DNA of 64,000 nt. It comes from a bacterium. Lineage in GTDB: Bacteria; Patescibacteriota; Dojkabacteria; SC72. The notes beneath the pieces are model-generated. The model was not told where the DNA came from. It searched no databases and saw only the letters and a list, made by a program, of their open reading frames with translations. The stretch lies in assembly GCA_021108295.1 (NCBI GenBank), contig JAIORF010000005.1:72531-136530 (forward strand). Reading direction: 5' to 3'. A program made the position numbers and the translations under genes. Positions 17,677 to 26,978 of the stretch are shown here, piece by piece. Within the stretch, counting starts at the first letter, position 1, and the number at the start of each line of letters is the position of its first letter.

Positions 17677-17743
17677 GATGCTTGTATTATAACAAAGTAT
17701 CCAATATACTAAAATACTTACAATATATGTATAAAACTGCCAT

Positions 17744-18304
17744 ATGATTGGAAAAGAAAACCTTCCAAAATCTATAAACTTTCTTCAACCAGTATTACGG
17801 CCATATGATATTTGGTCTAATGCTTACCAATGGATGTTTGAAATAGGAAAGTACATGTTAATTGCTGTCGAACTCATCGCTTTGGGAGTATTTGTTTCTC
17901 GCTTTGTTCTTGATGCAAAAAACACCGACCTTACTAAAGATATCAATACACAAGTAGCTTTGCTCTCTGGTGGTAATTGGAAACAAGACAGTATTACCTA
18001 TGAAAATTTACAAGGGCTTTTAGTAGATGTACAAAAGATTGATAAAGGACAGCAGATTAATTCTGTCATTATCAACGAGGTGCGTAATGGTATCCCTACT
18101 GGAGTAGATCTTGAGACGTTTTCTTTTAATAATGGAAGGGTTTCTATAAATATGCAGACTACAGATTTTAAAGCTTTTAGGGATTACGAATCGGCTATTA
18201 AGAATAATCCTAGTTACAACAAGGTGTCTTTTAATACGACTAAGAATGGTTCGATATATGAGATTAGAGTTAACTTCATCATAGATGGTTTTGATGACAA
18301 CTAA
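17744..18304 (+). CDS. PilN-like bitopic membrane protein
   Basis: The N-terminal KSINFLQP resembles the INLLP motif of PilN. One TM segment is followed by a periplasmic domain. Confidence 0.4.
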   Translation: MIGKENLPKSINFLQPVLRPYDIWSNAYQWMFEIGKYMLIAVELIALGVFVSRFVLDAKNTDLTKDINTQVALLSGGNWKQDSITYENLQGLLVDVQKIDKGQQINSVIINEVRNGIPTGVDLETFSFNNGRVSINMQTTDFKAFRDYESAIKNNPSYNKVSFNTTKNGSIYEIRVNFIIDGFDDN

Positions 18305-18911
18305 ATCTAAGAGAGTACAATTTGACTATATTAAGTTTTTGAGGAGTTCTCCTACAAAAAAGACTATGTATTATATGTCTGGTTTTACAGTATTGATGGC
18401 AATACTGTTGATTGCTTTTGCTATTAGACCCACACTATTGACGATAAGTGGGATTAATGGGGAGATAAAAGAAAAAGGAAAAATATACGAGGCTCTTGAT
18501 GCAAAGATAGATGCTTTGGTACAGTTAGATGCCCAATATGTTGAACTTGGTGAAGAACTTGATGCTTTACAACTTCTCTACCCTACCTCTGGGAATTTCA
18601 GTCTCTTTATGTCAAATATTGATGCTGTAGTATCTAGGAATGGGTTTTTGTTAAGGAGTTTGAGTTTTGCAAAATACGATACGGATTTTTACAATATCAA
18701 TACCATAGTGTTGTCTCCATGGTCTGTACAGATCTCTGTGGAAGGGCCTGAGAGCAACATAGATAATCTTTTTGATGATCTAGAGACTATGCCGATGTAT
18801 CCTGTGATAGAGAGGTTCTCCTTTGGACAAGAGGAGCAAGAGGATCTCAAGAAGTTCTCCATAACTATGAGGATTTATCATATAGAGAATATTAAGTTTT
18901 ATAATGAGTAA
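18285..18911 (+). CDS. PilO-like bitopic membrane protein
   Basis: A short cytoplasmic N-terminus, a TM segment (FTVLMAILLIAFAI) and a coiled-coil-rich periplasmic region. It overlaps the upstream PilN-like gene. Confidence 0.35.
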   Translation: MVLMTTKSKRVQFDYIKFLRSSPTKKTMYYMSGFTVLMAILLIAFAIRPTLLTISGINGEIKEKGKIYEALDAKIDALVQLDAQYVELGEELDALQLLYPTSGNFSLFMSNIDAVVSRNGFLLRSLSFAKYDTDFYNINTIVLSPWSVQISVEGPESNIDNLFDDLETMPMYPVIERFSFGQEEQEDLKKFSITMRIYHIENIKFYNE

Positions 18912-18914
18912 GAG

Positions 18915-19157
18915 ATGAGTTTTATAAAGAAGATGTTACCAATATTGATATTTTTATTAATCGTAACCGTAGCATGGGTGGGGTTCTCTATCTATTCCCA
19001 AGTGATTGAGTTAGATATCAATCCTAATGCTGGGAATTTCACCAAACCTATTAGTACAACATTTGATACTGAGATATTGGATGATATTAGTACAAAAACA
19101 GAGGAGAGTTTTCCAGTATCACCACAGGAGTTTTTGAGATTAAACCAAGCAGACTAA
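18915..19157 (+). CDS. Small N-terminally anchored membrane protein (80 aa)
   Basis: [32 protein letters not shown]... follows the PilN/PilO-like pair. Its end overlaps the convergent rpoD by 4 nt. Confidence 0.3.
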   Translation: MSFIKKMLPILIFLLIVTVAWVGFSIYSQVIELDINPNAGNFTKPISTTFDTEILDDISTKTEESFPVSPQEFLRLNQAD

Positions 19158-20242
19158 AGGTCGATGTAGTCATCCAGCTGTTTCTTGGTAGACTTTTCCT
19201 TGAGTTTCTTTAAAGCCTTAGCCTCTATCTGCCTAATTCGTTCTCTTGTTACACCAAATTCTCTACCTACCTCTTCCAATGTTCTAGAAACACCGTCCTC
19301 TAAGCCAAATCTTAGTTCGAGAACACGTCTTTCTCTGTCTTGCAATTCATCTAATATCCCGTGTAATTGATTCTTCAAATACTGCGCAGTTGCGTATTCA
19401 TCTGGTGTCTGTGACCATTCATCTGCGATTATATCCTGTAACTTACTATCCTTCTCATCCCCTATCGGTGTAGAAAGAGAAGAAGGATTTTGTTTAATCT
19501 TTCTAATTTCTGCAACCTTGGAAGTTTCAATATCCATTTCTTTTGCAATCTCTACATCTGTTGGTGGTCTACCAAGTTTAATAGTTAAGGTTCCAGAAAC
19601 CTTATTGAATTTGTTTATAGTTTCAATCATATGTACAGGTACACGAATTGTTCTTGCTTGATCAGCGATAGCTCTAGTAATGGCTTGTCTAATCCACCAG
19701 GTAGCATATGTGGAAAATTTAAACCCTTTTGTGTAATCAAACTTCTCTACTGCCCTCATTAAACCAATGTTGCCTTCTTGGATAAGGTCGAGTAATTCTA
19801 AGTTACTCTTGCTATACTTCTTTGCAATGCTAACTACGAGTCTTAAATTTGCAGTTGTGAGTAGTTGAGTAGCTTCCTTGTTTCCAACTTCAATTCTTTT
19901 AGCGAGTATTACCTCTTCTTCTGCAATGAGGAGAGGGATTTTACCAATTTCAAAAAGGTATGACCTTATCGCATCTGTAGATAGATTAGATTGAATGGTT
20001 TTAAGAATACGAATTTTCTTTTCGAGAGTTAATTCCTCATTCTTTGTGACTTCCTCTTCTGGTTCTTCTAATACTTCAATATCATTCTCTTGTACAGTCC
20101 TAAAGATTTCATCAAGAAGTAGAATATTATTTTCAATAGAGGGGAATACCTCTAGAATATCTTCTTGTGAAAGGAATCCTTGGGTTTTACCTTTTTCTAC
20201 AAGTAACTTAATAGCTTTTTCTTTATGTGAAATTTTGGCCAT
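19154..20242 (-). CDS. rpoD: RNA polymerase sigma-70 factor, primary type
   Basis: Region 2 [54 protein letters not shown], plus regions 3/4 with [25 protein letters not shown]. Confidence 0.8.
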   Translation of the reverse strand: MAKISHKEKAIKLLVEKGKTQGFLSQEDILEVFPSIENNILLLDEIFRTVQENDIEVLEEPEEEVTKNEELTLEKKIRILKTIQSNLSTDAIRSYLFEIGKIPLLIAEEEVILAKRIEVGNKEATQLLTTANLRLVVSIAKKYSKSNLELLDLIQEGNIGLMRAVEKFDYTKGFKFSTYATWWIRQAITRAIADQARTIRVPVHMIETINKFNKVSGTLTIKLGRPPTDVEIAKEMDIETSKVAEIRKIKQNPSSLSTPIGDEKDSKLQDIIADEWSQTPDEYATAQYLKNQLHGILDELQDRERRVLELRFGLEDGVSRTLEEVGREFGVTRERIRQIEAKALKKLKEKSTKKQLDDYIDL

Positions 20243-20268
20243 TTAATTTGTGTTATAATATTTAAATT

Positions 20269-20598
20269 ATGGGAGAGAACAACAGAGAACAAAAACAGTA
20301 TTTTATTGAAACAATTGCAAAGTTTTGTGATAAATGTGGTAACGCATATTCTATAAATGATTTAGAAATCATACAGGAAACTTCAATATCGAGTATTATA
20401 CACTTCTCTTGTATGAATTGCAAAGCTAGTCATATAGCGACTTTTCTTAAACCCATGGGTATTAGCAATAGGATGCCAGTTAATACAGATGTAGGAGTAG
20501 AAGAGATTAAGGGAGTGATGGCAAAAGAGGGAGTGTCTACAGACGAGATACTAGATTTATATCTTTTTCTCAAGGAAAATACTCAGATTAGAGTGTAG
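20269..20598 (+). CDS. Hypothetical Cys-containing small protein (109 aa)
   Basis: ORF with CDKCGN...C..C spacing that suggests a zinc ribbon. Low information. Confidence 0.3.
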   Translation: MGENNREQKQYFIETIAKFCDKCGNAYSINDLEIIQETSISSIIHFSCMNCKASHIATFLKPMGISNRMPVNTDVGVEEIKGVMAKEGVSTDEILDLYLFLKENTQIRV

Positions 20599-23593
20599 TC
20601 CAACTAATATCAAACTGTGTGTCAGAAACCAAATCAAATCTTCTTGTAAGTTGGTTGGAAATACTGGTTAAGTCATCACTTTCTAATATGTTCCAATCTT
20701 CTGGATACAGTATATTTAGGACATAGCTTTCTTGTTTTGAACCAGGTTGTTTGAAAATATTAAGATCAAAAAAAGCATTATCGTTTAGCATAGATACGGG
20801 GAAGTATGTTCCAAGATCTGATTTAGTAACCTTGTATTTGATAATGAAGGTGTTGCTATCTTGGATATCTGTATTAAACCACCCTCCTACAACTTTGAAA
20901 CCATTTTCGTTGTAAATATCATATTCATTGTTTTCTATTCCTGCAATACTTAGAACTTTAGATCCGCTTGGGATATATATACGAAGGTAGTTTTCATATC
21001 GTCCCTCTGGGTATACATCTTTCTTACTTTCGTTAACTACATTTATTTCATAGGTGTATGTGATAACTTTTTCATCCAAGACTATGTTTAAACTATGATC
21101 TTTTTTAAGGTAGAGGTTCGCTTTATTCCCACCCCAATTCCAGTCAATTGAGATTGGTGCAGAGAGATATTTGCTATCTAGCTGTCCATCCCAATTCTTA
21201 TCATCAAAGAACTGAGTAGCTTCATTGTTCTTAAATACTGCTTGTAGGTGTTTTTCGTTTAGGCTTTCTTCAAATATTGAAGCGATATTTGAGTATTCAC
21301 TAAAGTCTGAAGAGAGAATCTTAGTTACAGTTTCGTTTGCTAAATTCGCAAGGAAGGTTGATTTGGTAGTAGATCCGGGTGTGAATTCCTCATGCATTTT
21401 GAAGATTTTTGAGTAGAGGTTCTCGCTTGTTATTAACTCTGATTCTCCTGGGACTTCTATACCGTCCCATTTCTCAAGGAGTTTCTGTATGAAGGCTATG
21501 TCAATTGTAATGACTCCATCTAGGTCGTCCCCTTTGCCTAGGGCATTGACGAAAGTTTCTGATTCGAGTAATACCTCGTAGAGGTCTGGATACCAGTTGA
21601 CTAGAGAGAAGGAGTAGTCCGTTATCTCTAGTGAGTTTGCGAGAGATTGTGGAGGTGTAAAGGTTTTGTTTTGTATTCGTAGTGTTCCATCTGCATTGTA
21701 TATGTCGTCTACGAAGAGCTCTCTGATTTGTCCTCCTTCTATTCCTACAATTGCGTAGCTTGATATCCATCCACCCGTACTCCTTATTTCACCTTCGTTT
21801 TGTAGGAGTATGAGGAATCTTTTTCTTTCCGTATTTCCGAGTATTTTAGGTAGGAAATTGGAAATGGAAGATATTGATCCTAGAGAGGTTGTGGCTTCCG
21901 TTATGGAGCTTTTAAGGTTTAGGATGTCGTCTTGGAAGGTTTGTGGGAAATATTCAACAACTACAGAAGAAATTACCTCGTTGGCGAGCTTAAGTTTGTA
22001 TGTTCCATCGTTGGTAAGGTAGAGGTTTTCTTCAATATTGTTGAGGTAATCTCGGTATTCTCTAGTAGTGCTTGGTGTCGAGGAATCGAAGTTGATGGCT
22101 GGTTGGAAGTCTTTGATGTAGTAAGCTAGTGGTTCTAGTCCAGCAAGAAGATCATCTCCACTGTCAATGGCGTAGTCGAGTCCTAGGAAGAGGGTATCTA
22201 TTTCAGAGAGTAGGTTAGTTTTGTTTAGTAATACAAATATCCAATTAAGCCTATTAGTGTTGTGTTTGACCCTACCTAAGTGGTTTTCTATTGTATCTAG
22301 ATTGCTTCTTGCTTCATCGAAATCGTAGCTAGAGATATTGGCTTTTAGTTTGTCTGTATTCGAGGCTATTATTGTTCCTCCTATTCCTATTCCTACGATT
22401 GGTGAGAGTAAGAAATATATGAAAAGGAAGGAGAGGGTTACTAGGAGTAGGTTAAGGGACATTTTCCCGTAGTTTATCTCTGTAAAGATTTTCCCTGAAT
22501 CTTTTTTCTTAAAGATATTCTTTATCATATTCATTATTTTCCCCTTGGTAGTAGCTATTTCTAGGGTACTAGTTTTCTTTTGAGAAATTTTTTTACTTGA
22601 GATATCCCACTTTTGGTCGTGTCTTTCGTAGTATTTGTGTATTTGATTAATTAGGGTAGTTTCTAATTGGCCTTGTTGTTTCCAGCCATATTTTGAGGCG
22701 TTTGGTGCTGGTAGATATAGGTCTTGAAGGACAAGGTTAGTGCTTTTGCTTGGTACAAACTTAATTGTTTGGGCTGTCACATTCAATTCTAAGAGCTTGT
22801 ATGCGATAGAGAGCGTAGTTAGGTCAGTTTTGTTGGTAAGCGTTATTACCTCTCCTCTAGTCTTGTCTGAGAAGGTGAGTTTGAGTATTCCATAGATGGC
22901 ATCGTTTTCGTCAATGATATTATGGATGTCTAATCCCTCTCCTACGATATTGATTTGGTTTTTGCTAGTCCCGTCAGAAATGAGGTTGTGGAGTATAGGG
23001 TCGGATATCTTTTCTATGCCGTTTCCTAGTATTGTTCCCATCCTTATTATCCTCAAGTTTGCTTTTGTTTGGTCTCTGAATTCTGCTGTGAGGTTTTCGC
23101 AATATTTCTGTAGTTCAATATTGGAGTATGGTGATGGTTGTGTAACGTCATTACGGTTAATGGTGTTCGAGAGTTCTCGGTTTAATCTTAGGGAGGTTAG
23201 TATGGTGATTTTAGCTTTGAACTTTTGTGCGTATTTAAGGGATAAGTTGAGGGTGTCGGTTTCTGTTAGGAAGGTTTTGCTTGTAAAACTGTCTTCCTGT
23301 TCTAGTTTGTTGTTTAGATTGTAGTAGAGGTAGTCAATTCTTCCAAGGTTTTCTAAGAAGGGTTTTGCCCCTTTGAAATTGATGAAGGTTACGTCTCCTT
23401 TCTTTTTTAGTTGGTTAGCATATTTTTTTGTTGAGTTTGTGTATTTGTCTATTATTACTACTTGACTTCCTTGTTCTACAAGGGTTTGTGCTAGTAGGTA
23501 TCCTAGGTAATTTCCTCCGTGTATTATGATGGAGATTGGTACTTGAGCTTTTATTTTGAAGTGGTTTTTGTTATTCATCGTTGGCGTTGTCAA
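20588..23593 (-). CDS. Multidomain envelope protein: N-terminal NAD-dependent epimerase/dehydratase-like Rossmann domain, one TM, ~600-aa extracytoplasmic domain of unknown function
   Basis: 1001 aa. The N-terminus ISIIIHGGNYLGYLLAQTLVEQGSQVVIIDK is a GxxGxxG Rossmann fold. A TM segment NLLLVTLSFLFIYFLLSPIVGIGIGGTII follows. The ectodomain resembles large unknown-function domains seen next to polysaccharide genes. Confidence 0.5.
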   Translation of the reverse strand: MTTPTMNNKNHFKIKAQVPISIIIHGGNYLGYLLAQTLVEQGSQVVIIDKYTNSTKKYANQLKKKGDVTFINFKGAKPFLENLGRIDYLYYNLNNKLEQEDSFTSKTFLTETDTLNLSLKYAQKFKAKITILTSLRLNRELSNTINRNDVTQPSPYSNIELQKYCENLTAEFRDQTKANLRIIRMGTILGNGIEKISDPILHNLISDGTSKNQINIVGEGLDIHNIIDENDAIYGILKLTFSDKTRGEVITLTNKTDLTTLSIAYKLLELNVTAQTIKFVPSKSTNLVLQDLYLPAPNASKYGWKQQGQLETTLINQIHKYYERHDQKWDISSKKISQKKTSTLEIATTKGKIMNMIKNIFKKKDSGKIFTEINYGKMSLNLLLVTLSFLFIYFLLSPIVGIGIGGTIIASNTDKLKANISSYDFDEARSNLDTIENHLGRVKHNTNRLNWIFVLLNKTNLLSEIDTLFLGLDYAIDSGDDLLAGLEPLAYYIKDFQPAINFDSSTPSTTREYRDYLNNIEENLYLTNDGTYKLKLANEVISSVVVEYFPQTFQDDILNLKSSITEATTSLGSISSISNFLPKILGNTERKRFLILLQNEGEIRSTGGWISSYAIVGIEGGQIRELFVDDIYNADGTLRIQNKTFTPPQSLANSLEITDYSFSLVNWYPDLYEVLLESETFVNALGKGDDLDGVITIDIAFIQKLLEKWDGIEVPGESELITSENLYSKIFKMHEEFTPGSTTKSTFLANLANETVTKILSSDFSEYSNIASIFEESLNEKHLQAVFKNNEATQFFDDKNWDGQLDSKYLSAPISIDWNWGGNKANLYLKKDHSLNIVLDEKVITYTYEINVVNESKKDVYPEGRYENYLRIYIPSGSKVLSIAGIENNEYDIYNENGFKVVGGWFNTDIQDSNTFIIKYKVTKSDLGTYFPVSMLNDNAFFDLNIFKQPGSKQESYVLNILYPEDWNILESDDLTSISNQLTRRFDLVSDTQFDISWTTL

Positions 23594-24215
23594 AGTTAAC
23601 AGGGATTGGGAAGAGGTATGCTTTTATATTAAGCATGTATCCGTTCTCAATTAGTATTGGTAGATCAAGGGTTTCGTAATTATTTGTAATTATTTGAAGG
23701 TCATATTCTTTTACTGGTAGTTCGTGTTTAGTTAAAGGGGTTTGTTTGACATATTCATCGTCTATATATATTTTGCTTGTGTCTACATCGCAGAGGATGG
23801 AGAGTGTTCCTGTGTTTCTTTTATTGTTTTGTGGTGTGTAGTAGAGGATACTTCCGTGGAGTATGCCTGCTGGTCCTATTTCTATCTCTATCCTTGAGGT
23901 TGTATTTTTCGTGAGTTTAATGTTGAAGGTTTGTTTGTTGTAGAAGGTTTCTGTATTGGAGATTCTCTCTAGTGTAACGGTATATTCTCCCTGGTCTAGG
24001 TCGTTGATTGTTAGTGGTGTTTCGCCGTATTCAACATTGTCTATACTTACTTTGGCTTTTCCATTGATGCTTATTATTTCTAAAGTAGTATTGTTGTAGA
24101 AGCGGTTGATGATTGGTAGTTTGTTTATTAGTCCATCGGTTGGTAGGAAGTAAATGAGGACAGAAAGGGCCAAAAGGGTGGTGGTAATGAGGATGGCAGT
24201 CTTAAAGTTTTTCAT
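23571..24215 (-). CDS. PEGA-domain protein, membrane anchored
   Basis: 214 aa with an N-terminal TM and two PEGA-like beta-sandwich repeats (KVSIDNVEYGETPLTINDLDQGEYTV and KIYIDDEYVKQTPLTKHELPVKEYDLQI). Confidence 0.55.
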   Translation of the reverse strand: MKNFKTAILITTTLLALSVLIYFLPTDGLINKLPIINRFYNNTTLEIISINGKAKVSIDNVEYGETPLTINDLDQGEYTVTLERISNTETFYNKQTFNIKLTKNTTSRIEIEIGPAGILHGSILYYTPQNNKRNTGTLSILCDVDTSKIYIDDEYVKQTPLTKHELPVKEYDLQIITNNYETLDLPILIENGYMLNIKAYLFPIPVNFDNANDE

Positions 24216-24221
24216 AGGTTC

Positions 24222-24250
24222 ATTATATGGAATCTATGCCGGTTTGTCTA
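24222..24250 (-). promoter_or_regulatory. Promoter TAGACA-N17-TATAAT ending 6 nt before the PEGA-gene ATG, a candidate leaderless mRNA
   Basis: The minus strand reads ...aaaTAGACAaaccggcatagattccaTATAATgaacctATG. Confidence 0.3.
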
Positions 24251-24552
24251 TTTAGTGAGGGAATATATTTGGGGATTAGAAAGAAAGGGTATAAGAATTT
24301 TTATTATTGAAAAGGGGTGGAGCTTGGAAGAGAAATTGTTTTGTGTTCACCAAGAATCTGGCCAATTTCCCTTCCAAGAGGAATCCTAAAAAAACAACCG
24401 GGAACTTTTACTTTGAAGAGTTATGGGGGTAATCCGGATACGTTTATGTTGTCACACAACATAATAATACCTCCTTTCCTAGTCTGTTTTGGGTTTCCTA
24501 ATAAATAATAGATTAGGGGATAGGTATTGTCAAATCTTTAGTGTAACAGGCT

Positions 24553-25767
24553 TTAGTAGGAGTACTTAGACTCTGGAGAGTCTTTCTTTTTCTTAAGTTC
24601 TTCCCTATTGGCTTTATAATTGATGAAGACAATTAGAAAAAGGATTAGTGTGATACCAAAGATTATTGCAAAATATCTCATGGCTCCAGTTGTTGCAATT
24701 GCTATTGAACCAAGTAAGAAAGCAATTGAGGCTTCTGTCAGAAGAATTTGTTTACTTGAGAAGTTTAGCTTCATAAGTTGGTGGTGGAAGTGTGTAGCAT
24801 CATTTATTTTCATTAGTTCTCCCAAAGACTTTGGTTTATGTACAACCATCCTTCTTACTACTACAAAAATTGCATCAATGAGGGGTAAGCCAAGTATCAT
24901 TAGAGAGGTAGAGAACTTAGAGCCACTAATTAAGGCTAGGAGAGCCATTGTAAATCCAAACACCGATTTTGCAGGAGATCCTGACATTATCTTTTGTGGT
25001 GGAATTGCAAAAAAGAGGAAGGATAGTAGTGAACCTGCCATTACAATGGATACGGTTGAGGAGAAAAGAGTCTCGGTTCTTATCCCTATTACGAAAAGAA
25101 GGAAGAATATTACGGTTGAGTAACCTTCGAGTAGTCCTGGTGAACCTCCCACCCACTTTACTGCATTGATACAAAGCATTAACCAGAAAAAGAGTAGTAT
25201 ATCTCCAGGTAATGCTAAAGAGAGAGGTAGTCCTAGGAAGTTAAAGTCAAAGGTATAGGCGCTTAGATTGAATATATGGTTTCCAATCATTCCAATGCTT
25301 GAGAGATCTAAAATTGAGAATACTATGATTAGACAAGCTAGTATTTGATATCCAAGCTGTATTTTGGAATCTAGGTTTATAATATCGTCAAGTGCAGATC
25401 CTATGATTAGAACGAGGAGGGCAAGTAATATCGGTATTGAAAATGCGTTTAATTGGAAGCATAGGGTCATAATTAAGAAGGCAGGTATCATAATCGCTAA
25501 TCCTCCTAATGCTGGAGTTTCTATATCATGTTGAGCTTTCTGAACATTATCATACTCTTTGTTATTTCTTTTCACTTTTGGTTTGTATGTAATTCCATAC
25601 TTCCAAGCAATCTTTCCAACGATTGGAGTAAGTAGGAATGAGGAGACTATACCGATGAGTAAGATGGGTAAGAAGGCGAGATATTTAGAGAGGTCTCCTG
25701 TTGCGAAGGATGTATCTACTATATTTGTAAGATATGTGAAAAATTGAGTTGGAATTGCGTAGTCCAT
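24553..25767 (-). CDS. MraY/WecA-family polyprenyl-phosphate sugar-1-phosphate transferase
   Basis: 404 aa with ~10 TM segments. It carries the cytoplasmic-loop motifs GSALDDIINLD (DDxxD-like) and NAVKWVGGSPGL, typical of the family. Confidence 0.6.
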   Translation of the reverse strand: MDYAIPTQFFTYLTNIVDTSFATGDLSKYLAFLPILLIGIVSSFLLTPIVGKIAWKYGITYKPKVKRNNKEYDNVQKAQHDIETPALGGLAIMIPAFLIMTLCFQLNAFSIPILLALLVLIIGSALDDIINLDSKIQLGYQILACLIIVFSILDLSSIGMIGNHIFNLSAYTFDFNFLGLPLSLALPGDILLFFWLMLCINAVKWVGGSPGLLEGYSTVIFFLLFVIGIRTETLFSSTVSIVMAGSLLSFLFFAIPPQKIMSGSPAKSVFGFTMALLALISGSKFSTSLMILGLPLIDAIFVVVRRMVVHKPKSLGELMKINDATHFHHQLMKLNFSSKQILLTEASIAFLLGSIAIATTGAMRYFAIIFGITLILFLIVFINYKANREELKKKKDSPESKYSY

Positions 25768-25770
25768 AGT

Positions 25771-26235
25771 TTAATAGAGGTTAATTAATCTTATTAACGA
25801 TATTGTCATGATGAGTGTTCCTAAAAATGTGGTTAGTAGTAGTAGGTTGGAGAGAGTACGCTCTTTGTTGTAGTATTTGTTTGAAAAGAATAGGGTAATT
25901 ACAAAGAGTAGGCATGATACAAATGGTATGAGGTAGAGGTAGGATGAGGGAGCAAGACGTAGAGTGTTGTCTAGGTAGAGTTGGTAAAGGGGGATTTGTT
26001 TTGGAAGAAGTTGCAGATTTTCTTGTATGGCTACAACCTGTGTTGCGATTAGTGATACTGAAAGTACAATGGTGAACCACACTCCATTACTTTTTGTATA
26101 CCTTCGTGTATCCCATCTTGCACGAAATAGGTCGAACCTTTCTTTGTGCTTGGCGAAAATATTGAATGGGGATTGTTTAAGGTTGAGATTAAGTTGTTTC
26201 TCTTCGGGTTTCTTATCTTTGGTTTGTTTGCTCAT
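25771..26235 (-). CDS. Hypothetical polytopic membrane protein (154 aa)
   Basis: Intact ORF with 3-4 hydrophobic segments, lying downstream of the transferase gene. Confidence 0.35.
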   Translation of the reverse strand: MSKQTKDKKPEEKQLNLNLKQSPFNIFAKHKERFDLFRARWDTRRYTKSNGVWFTIVLSVSLIATQVVAIQENLQLLPKQIPLYQLYLDNTLRLAPSSYLYLIPFVSCLLFVITLFFSNKYYNKERTLSNLLLLTTFLGTLIMTISLIRLINLY

Positions 26236-26246
26236 GCTTCATTATA

Positions 26247-26978
26247 TCAAGAGCGGTTCAGGATTGATATATATTGTTCGAGTGTTAATTGGCTTGGTCG
26301 TAAAGAATGTTCTTGTTCGAGGAGTAGATATTTCGTATTTCTAAGGTTGTTTTTTAGTGTTTTGCGAGGCTGGATAAAAGAATTTCTTATTAATTTCTCT
26401 AAAGCACCTTTATCAACACTGCTGTGTCTATCATGTGGAATAAATTTGATAAAAGAGCTCATTACATTAGGCTTAGGGTAGAAATTGCTTGGTTTGATAG
26501 TGAGGAGTATTTTGCAATCAGCATAGATTTCTCTCATTAGACCTAAAAGATTTGTTTTCTTGTTGGCATATTTCTCTGCGACCTCTTTTTGGATGATAAA
26601 GAAGGCAGGATTGGTAAATGTGTCAGAAGTTATTATCTTTTTTATAATAGGTTTGGAGATATTGTATGGAAGTGATCCAAAGTATGTGGTTGGAGAAAAT
26701 GTGAGTGGTATTTCGAGAAAGTCCTGGTGCAGAATTGTAGCGTTTTTGTACACATTTGCTAATTCGGATGAAAGTATCACATCTGTCTCTACTAAAGTCA
26801 TATTTTTGGTAGCCCCATAAAAAAGCGATGTAAAAGCACCTTTGCCTGGTCCTATCTCTGTAATGTGCTCTGGAGAGTTTTCTAGGACCAAATTTACGAT
26901 GTGTTTTGCAAGCGATTTGTTGCGAAAAAAATTCTGTCCGAGTGATTTTTTTGGTTTTATTCTACTCTGAAATCCCAT
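26247..26978 (-). CDS. rsmA: 16S rRNA (adenine1518/1519-N6)-dimethyltransferase
   Basis: KKSLGQNFF, EIGPGKGAFT (motif I) and GSLPYNISKPI are diagnostic KsgA/RsmA motifs. Confidence 0.8.
   Translation of the reverse strand: MGFQSRIKPKKSLGQNFFRNKSLAKHIVNLVLENSPEHITEIGPGKGAFTSLFYGATKNMTLVETDVILSSELANVYKNATILHQDFLEIPLTFSPTTYFGSLPYNISKPIIKKIITSDTFTNPAFFIIQKEVAEKYANKKTNLLGLMREIYADCKILLTIKPSNFYPKPNVMSSFIKFIPHDRHSSVDKGALEKLIRNSFIQPRKTLKNNLRNTKYLLLEQEHSLRPSQLTLEQYISILNRS

Noticed and set aside
24317-24508. 63-aa plus-strand ORF in the 24216..24552 intergenic region
   Set aside because: It has no SD and low-complexity content. The region is better explained as the promoter/leader of the minus-strand PEGA gene.
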